A stretch of 63,879 bases of DNA, counting the filler, from Octopus bimaculoides (lineage: Eukaryota), in assembly GCF_001194135.2 (NCBI RefSeq). It is 6 parts of 6 records of this genome, joined end to end, with 100 filler letters (N's around TTAATTAATTAA, not from the genome) between each part and the next. Parts side by side here need not be neighbours in the genome. Positions count along the whole stretch, not along the records: positions 33,864 to 49,983 come from NC_068991.1; positions 50,084 to 60,865 come from NC_068983.1; 4 more parts are not named here. One strand, given 5' to 3'. The notes below the pieces were generated by a model. That model searched no databases. It was given only the letters and a program-made list of their open reading frames with translations, and was not told the origin of the DNA. The position numbers were made by a program, and so were the translations under genes. This document shows positions 39,521 through 53,414 of the stretch, one piece after another (the first letter of the stretch is position 1; each line of letters opens with the position of its first letter).

Positions 39521-40049
39521 GCAATAGTCTCGATGTAAACTTAAACCTCACAAGTTCTATTCAGAGTCTTGTGATGATAATGGAACCAACCAGTTTCACC
39601 ATTTTTATGGAGCTTGTTTACACTACCCTACTTTTTTCTTTTTACTAATCTATGTAAGCATATCCACAACGGAAACGGTTTTATTCTTACTTTAATTAGA
39701 TCTTATCTTCATCGTAGATTTTTACACTCGAACCAAGTGTACTGTAGAATAAGAAACTTAGCACATTTTCAGAAATGTATTAGTATTCAAATCGAAATGT
39801 TATTGTCTTGATAATTAATACAATGCGGTATAATTATCGACCAACAATTCATAATAACTGCCAATGTAGTCGATCCAGTTGTGAATATTCATATAATCTT
39901 TTATGATGCATTAATCTCTTACGAATTCTAGAAATAAAGGATTAGAATGAAGTAGTCATATTTATGGAGAGAATTAGTTACTGTCTTTTGTTCGTATCAA
40001 AACGAAATATGATATCATTGTAGTTCTTGTGACAAAGAAATAAAAAAAT

Positions 40050-40500
40050 AAATATCGGTTTGCTCTGGGGGAAGAGGCTGTGTCTATAGCCCTCACCGAC
40101 TTTCGGGTACTGAGGTGATTTACGGCGAACGTCTTGAATAGGTGTAAGTCAAGTGCTGCAAGAATACATGCACAGGTTGGTAGCCTTGTTTGTGCGAAGC
40201 GACCTGTGCTGTCGCATTTGGTGTCTCTGTGTACGTGGTGGTTAGTCTGGTGTAATGAAGAGCGATAGTTTTGTAAGGAGACTTGCCTAGTAAAAGCAAA
40301 CGGGGCAGCAAATGTAGGGGTTCTCTTTGAGAGAGTAATGCTCACAAAGCAATCATAGATGAAATGCTGAATGAAGGAATGAGTATACTGCAAAGGTGAT
40401 AGAGATAATCTTGACAAGGTAGCAAAAAAATTGGGCTGCAGTTTGTGAGGTAGGGGAGCTTGCTGATAATGCATAATGGATGATGGTTTAACAGGGGCTG
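40050..40500 (-). mobile_element. Possible decayed CR1/L2-group LINE 3' end
   Basis: Loose motifs LRTNKATNL...LTPIQ...YRHSLFPQ resemble the C-terminal FYK..NL / Y..SFFP pattern; frameshifted. Confidence 0.35.
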
Positions 40501-43489
40501 TGATGCTGGGTATACATCGTCCGGTTTGCAGCGATTAGATGATTTTTGTCATGTGTTGTAAGACGTGTTCTTTTCCTGAGCATGCTGCTGTACAGCTATT
40601 AATAAACTGTTTTGGGGGATTCCATAAGGAATTTGCACCGATCTATATCGATATACACAAACATAGACACATAGAAACATACTTCTACACATCCGTAAAT
40701 ACATATAAACACATATAAACGCATCCATAAACACATATAAGGCGGGATGCTGCTCGGTTTCAGTTTACCAAATTTCCTCACAAAGCATTAGTGATATTGA
40801 TGATTTTGTAGTAGACGCATGCATAAGGTGCCACACAATGAGATCGAAGCCGGTAATCCGTGGTTGAAAAGAGAACTTCTCTATCACAGACATGCCAACA
40901 CTCATATATTTTGTGTATGTAAACAGACCTTTAATTTTTAAATATTTTTTACTCTTTGCATCTGCAAAAAGGGGCAGTGACCATGGGATTTTCAGGGCCT
41001 CTGAGGACGATGAGATTGATTATGTTAATGTTCCGTTTAAAACGTTTCAGGTCGACATGCGGAGGAAAGACAAAAGTGAGGTGAAATTCCCGCCGGCCAT
41101 TGTCCCGAGGAGAAAGGACTGAGTACAGTGATTAGCGCGGGGCCTGGGAAGGGGGTGAGGGAACATAAGGTGAGAAAAGACGTGTGGGTCGGAAGTACCT
41201 GAATGAAGGAGGTTTAGACATGCAAGCGCCGAGAAACGGGCTATTATGGTGTCGATAAAAAAGGTAGAGTAGGAGAGAAAGGGAGAGAGAAGAGGAAGGA
41301 GAAGAAGAAGAAATAAATAAATAAAGAAAGAAAGAAACAGCATGACTGTGTGCCAAGTCCAGTGTAACCTAAGTCCTTTTCACGATCCCAATAATAAAAT
41401 AATTTCCGCGAATAATGGTTAATTACATTGACACAACATCTCACATTTTAGGGATTGTATTAATTGGTATTAATAGGTTTCTGGCTATGTTTTCACTTTA
41501 TCGATCCCAGAAGGATGAAAGGCAAGTTGACATCGGCTGCATTTGCTGGGGGTAATAAAATATACTAAAAAACACAGAAGTAAAGTAACAAATGGAGAAG
41601 GAGAGCTTCTAACCATGCGAAAAGGGAAGTTGAGTAATCTTTATATATTTCAGGCACAAAGGCCCATCATCAGAAGGAAACGGTTTAGAAATGTGAGTTT
41701 AAGTAAATCTTGCCATTTTGAATGTCAAATGGGCAATGACCCCACTTTGCCGAATGTGACAGCAGCGGCAGTTCCCCCAAAATGATGTCGTTGGTGGCCG
41801 TAGAGGTCATAACGGAAGCGGAGGTGGATGGCTCAAATCTACTATTATTCGTTGAGCTAATATTGTCTTTTCTTCACCGCTTAATTGCTTTTAATCAGCT
41901 TTGAGTACTCGTTGCGCTAAACATGTTAATGCAGATATGGTTACTGAAACAAAGTGAAAGGATTTCGTTTCCTCTAAGACTGATGAACTGACATTATAAG
42001 ATAGACAAAATTGAGAGCAAGATCATATCGCCTTCTAGAAAAACAAGCTTATTTTTTGTTTTGCAAATAGATTGACATCACAACACATTTGATGTAACTG
42101 AGACGGTTATATGAGTTATTAGAAAGTCTTCTTGATTAACTCACCAGACAAAAATAATTATACTCAGCAGAATTTATGATCATATTTCAAATCAGATGCT
42201 TATCAGCTTCCAACTGGTAATAGCAACGTCCTCGGTTTTACATATACGTAGTTAGCATACATGACCGCAAGTACACACACAAGCGCATGCATACCTCCAC
42301 AAGCACACACACACACACAAATTAAAATTCGTACACATATATGCATGCACACACACACACACATATATGTATATACGCACACACATATGTATATAGTACA
42401 GACATCCTAAGTGACTGAGCTAAGGTGGTTGCACATATAAAAAAAGCACGCAACGCGTTCGAGTGTAGAGTTTGTTATTTTATATTACAAAGTTACAACT
42501 TCCAAGTATCTATAACATCAGTTAAACACATGCACGTGACCGCGCGCGCGCACACGCACACGCACACACACACACACACACACACAAACCGATATGAATG
42601 TTGTTTACTTGCTTTTCCTTGTCACGCTATGCATCCCATAGAGAGAGTGGAAGAGAGGCTGTAAACGATAGAGAGAGTTAATACAAGAGGTGGAGGATGA
42701 GTGTACATACAAAGCATGGTAGCTGGCAATGAGTAAAAGAACGCTTTATATATACACACACACACATACATATACACATATATACACAGTGTGGAATCAA
42801 GACTCATAGAGACACAGAAGAAAGAGACACAGTAAGGACAGGATAACTATAGCAGAGATTAGGCAGATGAAAAATGTCTTATTTAACTTTATTTTATGAT
42901 AATATAGTATTTCTTGGTCGACAATTAATATTCATTTCACAATTTCTTTTTATAAGCACTAAGTTATTTGATAAAAGTTACATTATAATTATTGCATGTA
43001 TGTCATATTTTTTGATATTACCTACATTGGCAAAAGTATACTTCGAAAGTTAGCTGACATATTACAGGTAACACTATATGTATGTATGTATGTATGTTTG
43101 TATGTATGTATGTATGTATGTATGTACGTATGTATAGGCTACGAATTTTCTGCTCGTTATGTTTTAGCAATATTTCCGTTTGTAGTGTTTTCGTTAAATT
43201 TTTGAAATATATTTATGTAACGCTAAGCACCGTAAATCTTTTTACTCATTTACAAAATATTCTTTGAATATTTTTTGTGCGACAACGATTTCTGTCTCTT
43301 TCTCTTTCCTTGCCTCTCTTTTGTCTTCCTCCCATTCTCTTTCTCTCTCTTTCTCTCCCTAATACCATACTTCTTCCTCCTATCTGATTTTCTCTCTGCC
43401 CTTCTCTAGTCCCCAGTCCTACAGGACATTTTCCTTTTCCTTTGCGTTACCCCATGTCAGTTTATCATGCAGCCGCATGACTTTTTTGT

Positions 43490-43533
<44 letters not shown>

Positions 43534-43904
43534 TTTTATTTTGTCGTGTTTGTTTCAGTCATTGTCCTGTACATTCGTTAGCTATTCCCACTGGCTTTTT
43601 TCCACTGGTGCCACCAAGACTGAACAATATCAATCTTAANNNNNNNNNNNNNNNNNNNNNNNNNNNNNNNNNNNNNNNNNNNNNNNNNNNNNNNNNNNNN
43701 NNNNNNNNNNNNNNNNNNNNNNNNNNNNNNNNNNNNNNNNNNNNNNNNNNNNNNNNNNNNNNNNNNNNNNNNNNNNNNNNNNNNNNNNNNNNNNNNNNNN
43801 NNNNNNNNNNNNNNNNNNNNNNNNNNNNNNNNNNNNNNNNNNNNNNNNNNNNNNNNNNNNNNNNNNNNNNNNNNTATATATATATATATATATATGTATG
43901 TATA

Positions 43905-44393
43905 TATATTAAATGATTGATACGTAAGACGGTGTGTAACTAGAAGCTTTATTAGCACAACAATCGTTTCGGCTTCGTTTTGCACTGCTTCTTAGTGCGT
44001 GTGGGACGATGTAATGATATCAGATGTAACATACAGTGCATCAGGTAACGTAACGTGTTTCAAAAGTTACAAGATTTACATCTTGTTTTCGCTCCAAGAT
44101 TATATGCTGGTGGTGAGTTGCTAGCAGTTCAGACACATTTTGGTGAAGTGAGGAAGTTGTGGTCACCACCAGCATATGATCTTGGGGCGAAAACGAGATG
44201 TAAATCTTATTACTTTTGAAGTATGTTACGTCACCTGATGAGGCTCTCTGCTCTGTACGTTACATCTCATGTCATTACATTCACTAGGTGTCCCACACTC
44301 ACTAGGGAGCAGTACAGAACGAAGCCGAAACGATTGTTGAGCTAACAAAGCTTCTAGTTACACTCTGACTTCCGTATCAGTCGTTTAAAATAT
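43905..44393. repeat. ~490 bp foldback inverted repeat (Penelope-like inverted termini)
   Basis: Arms 43905-44116 and 44162-44393 are reverse complements along their length, with a ~45 nt spacer. Confidence 0.9.
44232..44341 (+). ncRNA. Type I hammerhead motif with extended stem II (GUU triplet)
   Basis: CAC-CTGATGA(44235-41)-GGCT...AGCC-GAAA(44327-30)-CGATTG-TT-GAG. The left-arm copy has GTG, restoring the CAC/GTG stem I. Confidence 0.65.
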
Positions 44394-44446
44394 CCCAACG
44401 TGCATCCAGGAATTCCGGACGTAGATCAGGCGACGAATGCACAGTA

Positions 44447-45075
44447 ACACCGATGACTCCTAGTAGCCATAATTGGTGAATGTGTTCCGCAGGCACACTA
44501 CCTGGAAATTACCCGAAACAAATTTAACTTATATATATATAAGGAATAAATGATTATTTAATGATCTTCATTAGCTTACAGCTGTTTCCGCTGTAAGATA
44601 CTGTGGATTCATAGTTGAGTGCCTGAATAACAACTTATAGCTTTACCGGAGCCTCGAATATGAAGTGCACTTTCACCACTTATGGCTACCAGGTGTCATC
44701 GGTGGTAGAAAATTACATTTGTGCCTATTTAGGGAACGGCATCGACAAAGAGAAAAGTGAATACAGATGTATATAAGAAAAATGTTGTAGTGCCTGCGGA
44801 ACATGTTCACCAACTATGGCAGATGTAATAAATTGTCCTGAACTTTTCCAAATGTAATAATTTGCCCTGTAGTTTTCCAGGTTTATAATCTTAAGAATAT
44901 TATTTCTCGTGCTCGCATTTTCCCATGTAATATGTATATATATGTACGCACGCGCTCTGAGGCTCCGATTAAGCTATAATGTGTTTTTCAGGCACTAAAC
45001 TATGAGTCCATTGCATATTATAGCAGAAACAGCGGTAAGCTAATGAAGTTCATCAATATAATCATTAATTCCTTT
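44447..45075. repeat. Additional nested inverted-repeat pairs (44541-44655 vs 44959-45074; 44447-44500 vs 44674-44704 and 44787-44820)
   Basis: Visible reverse-complement similarity. Confidence 0.7.
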
Positions 45076-46242
45076 GTCATCTCTCTTTCTTATTACCGCT
45101 CTATACTCAGCCAAACACTTTGTTCTGAAACATACGTATATTGACTTCTANNNNNNNNNNNNNNNNNNNNNNNNNNNNNNNNNNNNNNNNNNNNNNNNNN
45201 NNNNNNNNNNNNNNNNNNNNNNNNNNNNNNNNNNNNNNNNNNNNNNNNNNNNNNNNNNNNNNNNNNNNNNNNNNNNNNNNNNNNNNNNNNNNNNNNNNNN
45301 NNNNNNNNNNNNNNNNNNNNNNNNNNNNNNNNNNNNNNNNNNNNNNNNNNNNNNNNNNNNNNNNNNNNNNNNNNNNNNNNNNNNNNNNNNNNNNNNNNNN
45401 NNNNNNNNNNNNNNNNNNNNNNNNNNNNNNNNNNNNNNNNNNNNNNNNNNNNNNNNNNNNNNNNNNNNNNNNNNNNNNNNNNNNNNNNNNNNNNNNNNNN
45501 NNNNNNNNNNNNNNNNNNNNNNNNNNNNNNNNNNNNNNNNNNNNNNNNNNNNNNNNNNNNNNNNNNNNNNNNNNNNNNNNNNNNNNNNNNNNNNNNNNNN
45601 NNNNNNNNNNNNNNNNNNNNNNNNNNNNNNNNNNNNNNNNNNNNNNNNNNNNNNNNNNNNNNNNNNNNNNNNNNNNNNNNNNNNNNNNNNNNNNNNNNNN
45701 NNNNNNNNNNNGCACACATGCAAATATTCATACATACATTCGTACACTGAAATAGCTACATATGCTTAACTGTCATCATTCTTACACATAAACATACACA
45801 CGCAAACACGCAAACACAAACTTATACACCAGCGCACATACACGTACACTTACAGTCATCGTGCAACCTTGTATAATTTCTGCATGAAGTAAATATTGAT
45901 GTTCTTCTTTACAGTATTACATATATTCGGATTTATGTATTCGTTAGTGTTGGCATACTCTCAAAATGTCAGCTGTTTTACTTTTGCCAAGATATTTTCC
46001 TGAGGATTATGTCATCTGTTATGGATGTCTTCTCTAGAAGAGACGAGATGTATATTAAGTTACACGCACGTATGACTGCATGGTTAAGAAGTTCGCTTCG
46101 CAATCATGTGGTTTCGGGTTCGATATTTCACTCCGCGGTGCTGTAGCCTCGATGTGTGCATAGCCATATGTGTAAAATGTAGTAAACGAAAACTCTGTAG
46201 AAGGCCATTTATAAAAACTGGTAATATTGATATCCAATTTTG

Positions 46243-46440
46243 GCACAAGGTCAGTAATTTCAAGGGTGGGGGTAAGTCGATTACATCGACCCCAGTACTC
46301 AACTGGTACTTATTTTATCGACCCGAAAGGATGAAAGACAAATCGACCTCGGCGGGATTTGAACTCAGAATGTTAAAACGGACGAAATTTCGCTCAGCAT
46401 TTCGCCTGGCACTATTTCGATTCTGCTATCTCGCCGCCTT
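46243..46440 (-). mobile_element. SINE family B
   Basis: Reverse-complement match. Confidence 0.85.
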
Positions 46441-47304
46441 AGAGGGACCGTTAATATTGCTGGTTCGTTGTCTCAATTTGTTACCACAACATGGTTCTTA
46501 GCGTGCTTTTAGATGGGGCCATTTTATTGCAAACATTCAAGTCACTCTTCAGGATACCCAGAGAAAAGGGTCATGGGCGTTTTCCTTCTCTCTAGTGACT
46601 CATAAATAAGCAATGACAGGCACAGGTATGTTTTCAATTTTTGTCAGGGTTTTTGGTATAACTTTTTAAAGGGGGCCCCTCCAAATTTCATATAACTCTG
46701 GTACTGACTCATTTTAAATCCACGCTAGTAACCATTTTCTCTTGCACTTATTGATGGAGTGCATCATAGACAAGTGTTGGGAGGCAGTAAAGGTTTTCAG
46801 GTTGCAGCTTCATTATGTGTCTATGTAACTACGCCTACGATTTCTGTTTTCTCTGTGTGGGGTATTTTTTACGTTGTTGAGCGTGACGGGTGGTTGACTT
46901 TGATATTCGCAAGTTGTTAGTAAGAAGGTGGGAGAGCAATAGCGAAGCTAGGGGTGGAAACCTGGGAGGGGCGGGAACGGTTCGCCCCAGGTGACACTTT
47001 TAATGAGAGCGGNNNNNNNNNNTGCAAAAAACATGAACAAAATGATAAACAAGGTATAAAAACACACAGGCCACAAAGAGAACATATCCTTCATCAGCTG
47101 CCACCATTATAACACTGGCGTTTCGAAGAGTTATATATATAAGCTTATGGCGGTCTGGAGGAAAGGACGGCTTACTCATGAGTTGTTCTGGGCGGCACTC
47201 ACTTTAGCTAGACAACCGTGAAGGATGCATTTGTAAGATGCTATTTAATTTTATCGTATTTTTGTCTATTTTTACTTCACTTGGATTTATGCTAGGTGAT
47301 AGAA

Positions 47305-47490
47305 TCGCTAGGGGTCGGACAAAATGCTTAACGGCATTTTTCCCGGCTTTACATTCTGAGTTCAAATGTCTCAGAGGTCGAAGTTGCCTTTCATCCTTTT
47401 GGGGTTCGATGAAATAAGTACCAGTCGAGCACTGGGGTCAATGTAATCAACTGACTCCCTGTACCTAAATTTCAGGCCTTGTGTCTATAG
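47305..47490 (+). mobile_element. SINE family B
   Basis: Family B central domain and tail. Confidence 0.8.
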
Positions 47491-47526
47491 TAGAAAGAAT
47501 TATTATCATCATCATCATCATCATCA

Positions 47527-47589
<63 letters not shown>

Positions 47590-47990
47590 GGCAGGAGTGG
47601 CTGTGTGGTAAGTAGCTTGCTTACCAACCACATGGTTCCAGGTTCAGTCCTACTGCGTGGCACCTTGGGCAATTGTCTTCTACTATAGCCTCGGGCCGAC
47701 CAAAGCCTTGTGAGTGGATTTGGTAGACGGAAACTGAAAGAAGCTTGTCGTATACATATGTATACATATGTATATGTATGTATGTGTGTGTATGTGTTTG
47801 TGTGTCTATGTTTGTCCCCCAGTATCGCTTGACAACTGATGCTGGTGTGTTTACGCCCCCGTAACATAGCGGTTCGACAAAATAAGCCGATAGAATAAGT
47901 GCTAGGCTTACAAAGAATAAGTCCTGGGGTCGATTTGCTCGACTAAAAGCATGGCCGCAGTCAAATGACTGAAACAAGTAAAAGAAAAGA
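47590..47990 (+). mobile_element. SINE family A, full-length reference copy between (TTA)n and (TTC)n(TTA)n tracts
   Basis: GGCAGGAGTGGCTGTGTGGTAAG head, GGTTCAGTCC B-box-like motif, body and tail. Confidence 0.9.
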
Positions 47991-48011
47991 ATTCTTCTTC
48001 TTCTTCTTCTT

Positions 48012-48086
<75 letters not shown>

Positions 48087-48114
48087 GTTATTATTATTAT
48101 TATTATTGATACTG

Positions 48115-48318
48115 ACAGAGCGAACTGACAGAATCATTAGCACGCTGGGCAAAATGCTGTGAGCGTTATTTCGTCCGTCTAGATGCTCTGAGTTTAAAAT
48201 CCGTCGAGGTTGACTTTACCTTTCATATTTTCGGGGTCAATAAGACAAATACTAGGGTCGATGTAATCCATTAGCTCCCACCTCTGAATTTCAGGCCTTG
48301 TGCCGAGAGTAGAAAATA
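48115..48318 (+). mobile_element. SINE family B
   Basis: Family B match. Confidence 0.75.
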
Positions 48319-49395
48319 TATCTAATGTTATTATTGATTTGCTTGTACGAGTATTTGTGGATTTTATAACTTGTGCTAACTTTATTTATAGATCACTTGA
48401 TAGACTTTGCAGACACTATTGCAGTCATTGTCTCTCTGTATCTTCTCTACCGTTGTTTTTAATATCCTGTTTTAAGTCTCACGACATTCGTCATTTTCTA
48501 CTCTTTATTCTTCTTTTTGTTGTTATTGTAGTCAATACATGAATCAAAAAAATATAAAACGGAAAAAAAAAAAAGAAAGGAAAAGATCTCACTGTAGTGT
48601 TATTAATATTCACCGAAGTTCATTGTTGAACATTTGCTGCACAAATATGTACGTAGACGCAGACATGGCTGTGTAGCTTAAGAAGCTTGCTTTGCAACTA
48701 CGTGGGTTTGGTTTCAGTCCCACAGCGCGTCAGCTTGAGCAAATGTCTTCTAATTTTGCCTCGGGCCTAATAATGCCTTGTGAGTGAATTTGGTAGCCTG
48801 TATGATATATATATATATATATAACTTTTCTTTTAACTTTTCCAAAACTTAATTGTTTTCCATACTTACAGTTGAAAAAGTCTCAATGGCCGAAACAGGT
48901 ACTGAAATGTTTTTTATAAAAGTATTTTAGCATTTTCTACCTTGACTTTTTTCCTGCAGATGCCAAACCAGCAGGNNNNNNNNNNNNNNNNNNNNNNNNN
49001 NNNNNNNNNNNNNNNNNNNNNNNNNNNNNNNNNNNNNNNNNNNNNNNNNNNNNNNNNNNNNNNNNNNNNNNNNNNNNNNNNNNNNNNNNNNNNNNNNNNN
49101 NNNNNNNNNNNNNNNNNNNNNNNNNNNNNNNNNNNNNNNNNNNNNNNNNNNNNNNNNNNNNNNNNNNNNNNNNNNNNNNNNNNNNNNNNNNNNNNNNNNN
49201 NNNNNNNNNNNNNNNNNNNNNNNNNNNNNNNNNNNNNNNNNNNNNNNNNNNNNNNNNNNNNNNNNNNNNNNNNNNNNNNNNNNNNNNNNNNNNNNNNNNN
49301 NNNNNNNNNNNNNNNNNNNNNNNNNNNNNNNNNNNNNNNNNNNNNNNNNNNNNNNNNNNNNNNNNNNNNNNNNNNNNNNNNNNNNNNNNNNNNNN

Positions 49396-49454
<59 letters not shown>

Positions 49455-49638
49455 TCTGTAAAGAACTTAGTAGAATACAGTACGGAGCTCGTCCACTTTC
49501 AGGTTTACCCTCTGCTACCCAGTAGTAGTAGTATATGTACTTTCAGGTTTGCGTTTGAGCATTTGTCGTGTGTGAACAGGTAATTGAAGAAATTTGAGTC
49601 AACAAGACAGGGTACGGTTGGACATTTAGCGATTAAAA

Positions 49639-49680
<42 letters not shown>

Positions 49681-50783
49681 AGGTGTGTAAAAAACAACAA
49701 AAACACTTTAACAGATGATACAATCAAGTAAGTGAAATCCATAACCATCTAAATTCACTTCATTATATCGCAAGCACATACCAACTGAAACCCTTTCATG
49801 TCCAAGATTGTCGCTTTTCACCACAGCACAGAACAATAAGATATATGTATATATAAATGAATATAATTAAGTATCTAAGTCTTCTCTTACGTATAACTGC
49901 AGCAAAAAATATATAAACAATTACAAAAATATAAAAAGAATTAATCTTAAATACAAAATTAGTTGGTATAAAAAATTATTGTTNNNNNNNNNNNNNNNNN
50001 NNNNNNNNNNNNNNNNNNNNNNNNNNNTTAATTAATTAANNNNNNNNNNNNNNNNNNNNNNNNNNNNNNNNNNNNNNNNNNNNTAAGAAGTTACCCTTAT
50101 TTTTGAAGAATCATTGTCTGAGATGTTTAAAACATAAATCTGAAAAGAATTTTCAAAAGAAAGTCATGAGAGAAAAATGCTGGTAAAAAAATAAAAGGGG
50201 GCCCCTTCTCCACCAAATTTTGTTTTTGTTTTTGTTTTAGCAGAATGTTTTAAGCATCATAGATGTGTGAAAAAAAAATATATTATGATTTTTGGTGCAG
50301 GAGATATTTCTAGCTCTATTCTACAGAGACCCTATAAGTGTGTGTATGTCTACGTATGCATGCCCTCACGCACGCACGCGCTCATGTGTGTGTGTCTGTC
50401 TAAAATTACTTAGTACAACAGTATTACTCTACCTTACATTTTTACATTAGAGCTTTTTGTACCATGCATCTTGTAGCTTTTCTACTCAGAAAGCTGCTTA
50501 CATAACTGACAGGCACTATATTGTTTTAAGGCTAGCAAACCAATTGGGAATGTTATCTCAGATGAGCGATACGTGTCATCACAGGATACAGACTGAGAAG
50601 TTCAGTAACTGATACTTACCCAGAAATATCAACATCTTCCATGAAAAGAGCAATGTCACATATTCATGTGAGGAAGGTGAATAAAGTGTTATAGAAATAA
50701 AGCAAATATATTGAAAACAAACTCCAGGAGAGGAGGAACAGAGAATAATATTTTGAGGTAACGAAACAAATATTCTATATAGG

Positions 50784-51095
50784 CAGGCATGGCTGTGTGG
50801 TAAGAAGCTGGTTTCCCAACCACATGGTTTTGGGTTCAGTCCCACTGCGTAGCACCTTGGGCAAGTGTCTTCTACTATAGCCTTGGACTGACCAAAGCCT
50901 TGTGAATGGATTTGGTTGACAGAAACTGAAAGAAGCCCATTGTATATCATCATCATCATCATCATCATCATCATCGTTTAACGTCCGCTTTCCATGCTAG
51001 CATGGGTTGGATGATTTGACTGAGGATTGGTGAACCGGATGGCTGCACCAGGCTCCAATCTGATCTGGCAGAGTTTCTACAGTTGGATACCCTTC
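50784..51095. mobile_element. SINE A head (plus, 50784-50945, CpG-decayed) abutting a family D SINE 3' end (minus, 50947-51095, (GAT)n tail)
   Basis: The D segment matches 53415-53580. Confidence 0.85.
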
Positions 51096-52054
51096 TAGGT
51101 CAGCTCTGATTGAGCCAATCTATGATCAAAAGATTTCCAGCTATGACCATCATGTCATTTTTCAAGTATAGTGTATCCAAGGCCATATTACTAAATGTGT
51201 CCTTTTTAAAACAGTAGGTAGAGTGTGAGATGAAAAAAATTTAGTTGCTATTTCAAGCAAGTACAGCCACACCAAGAACGACGTACGTAAAGAATGATAT
51301 AATGTACATCATCGCAAAGTACCATTATATAGGTTACATAATCCTTATCATCTCTTAATCTTCAAGGCAAAGAATTAAACCTTCGCTTCAAGATATTAAT
51401 AGCACACACTTCAGCTTTTCAGCCGTCTTGGATTGGTTCTGTTGGATCTTAATCTGATTTATACTTCCTGAAGCTTGAAATGTTGTAAACATCTTTCAAA
51501 ATAATTATGTTCTACATCTGAAGCATCCACATCTTTTCTTTGCTGATATTTAATGTATTTCCTGGCTCTTTTAAGACGTTACAAGTGATGAGACACACCC
51601 TATAATTAGCGAAATATATTATGGGAAAGAGAAAGAAATGTTTTTGATGATTTATATACAAATCATCAAAGGTTATTTTGTAAAAATATCTGATTTAGAA
51701 CAAAACAGCTGTTATCATCATCATCATCATCATCATCATCGTCATCATAATCATCATCATCATCGTCGTTGTCATCATCATCATCATAGTCATCATTATC
51801 ATCTAAAACCCACAATTCCATGCTGCCATCGATCACATGGAATTTTTTGAGGCAGATTTTCTACAGTTACCTTCCCTTCCTGATGCCAAATTTCACCTGT
51901 TTCCAAACAAGATAATATTTCCCCATTGTCTGACATATTTTTCAAAGAAGACTGGAAAATGAACAACTCCGCTCATATGACAATGATGCTCGTTTACAAC
52001 CATCACATGATGGCAAGACAAGGGTACACACACACACACACACACACACACATA

Positions 52055-52089
<35 letters not shown>

Positions 52090-52204
52090 ATTGTTTTCAT
52101 ATTCTTTCTTTTACTTGTTTCAGTCATTTGACAGTGGCCTTGCTGGAGCACCACCTTTAGTCGAATCAAATCGACCCCAGGACTTATTCTTTGTAAGCCT
52201 AGAA

Positions 52205-52332
52205 CTTATTCCAACATCCCTGAAAGTTTCTTCCGAATCCATCCTGTGGTTATCTTCTGTGGATATCTTTTCCACAGACAAACAAACAAAGACTGAAAAC
52301 AATACCTCTGCCTTCGCTAAGGCAGAGGTAAT
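52205..52332 (-). mobile_element. Helentron/DINE-1-like non-autonomous element end
   Basis: Perfect 12 bp hairpin tacctctgcctt-cgct-aaggcagaggta (52303-52330), followed on the minus strand by TTTG repeats and an ...GGATTCGGAAGAAACTTT segment resembling DINE/HINE elements. Confidence 0.55.
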
Positions 52333-52347
52333 AATAATAATAATAAC

Positions 52348-52396
<49 letters not shown>

Positions 52397-53414
52397 GATA
52401 AGGCAGATGTAAGTACTGTCTTGAGTCCTAGGACTCACAGGGCCAGTCAGTTACCCAATTTCCATAAGTGACCAAGATCACTACATTTTTTTATAAACGG
52501 GACTTCTGTCCATCATAGGGTTACTCCTTTACATCTGAGTGGACTGGTGCAATGTGAAATGAAGTGTTTTGCTTAAGAACACTACACACTGGCTGGTCAA
52601 GGAATTGAAACCACAATCTTGTGATTGTGAGCACAACACTCTAACCACTTGGCTATGTGCATTCACTTTGCAAATAGGGAAAGCTGTATTCCATAGAAAA
52701 AGGAAAGGCAAAAAAAAAATATTGGAATTTGGTATCAGAAAGATTGGAGCTTTATGAAATACAAACACACAAAAAAAAAAACAAGAAAAAAACAGGAGAA
52801 AATGGAAATCAAATGGGTGAAAACAAATAAAAAATAACTCATCTAAGGAAAAATGCCATTTTTATACTTTTGAAGTCGATATTCAGCAGAGCAATGATTG
52901 TGAAATTAAATATCCAAAGCAAAATTTGCAAATTTGCTGATGGAGACAAATTTGTGTATAGAGAATTGTCAGGTTAATAATCTTAAAACATTGATAATTT
53001 AATTATAAAGGAAGTGCTGACTACAAGGTTAACAACCTTTTCTAATTAAATTTTCAATTAATCTGTTTTTCACCATCTGGCTTTTTTTGTTTGTTGTTTT
53101 AATGAACATTCTCCTGGGCCATCAGACAAAGGTGAAAATTAAACTTCCATTAACAAAGTCTAATAAAATATAAGATGTTTTGAGTTATATCCCTTATCTA
53201 TTTAGCTGCAGATTAAATATTACTTAACCCCTAATATTTTTTGTTTCTAATTACTACATTAAATCCTTGAGTAATATTTATGATGTTTGAAAATAGTGGA
53301 ATCAATCAAGTCGATTATATTATTTCTTAAAAAGTATGCAGACTTTATATACTGATTCCTGAAAGCATTTGATCAATTACATTCTGAGGGCTTTTTTTAG
53401 GTCCAATACGCATA

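Noticed and set aside
41639-41677. Hammerhead-like CTT-CTGATGA...GAAA-TATA-TA-AAG on the minus strand
   Set aside because: Stem II lacks a closing pair (U/U) and the middle matches the family B tail (aggcacaaggccc); likely chance.
50617-50740. Minus-strand exon ending at a strong donor CTGG|GTAAGT
   Set aside because: No phase-0 acceptor compatible with the 55527 exon; the peptide is AT-rich and unconvincing.
51430-51600. Minus-strand RLKRARKYIKYQQRKDVDASDVEHNYFERCLQHFKLQE
   Set aside because: Bounded by stops with no good acceptor in frame.
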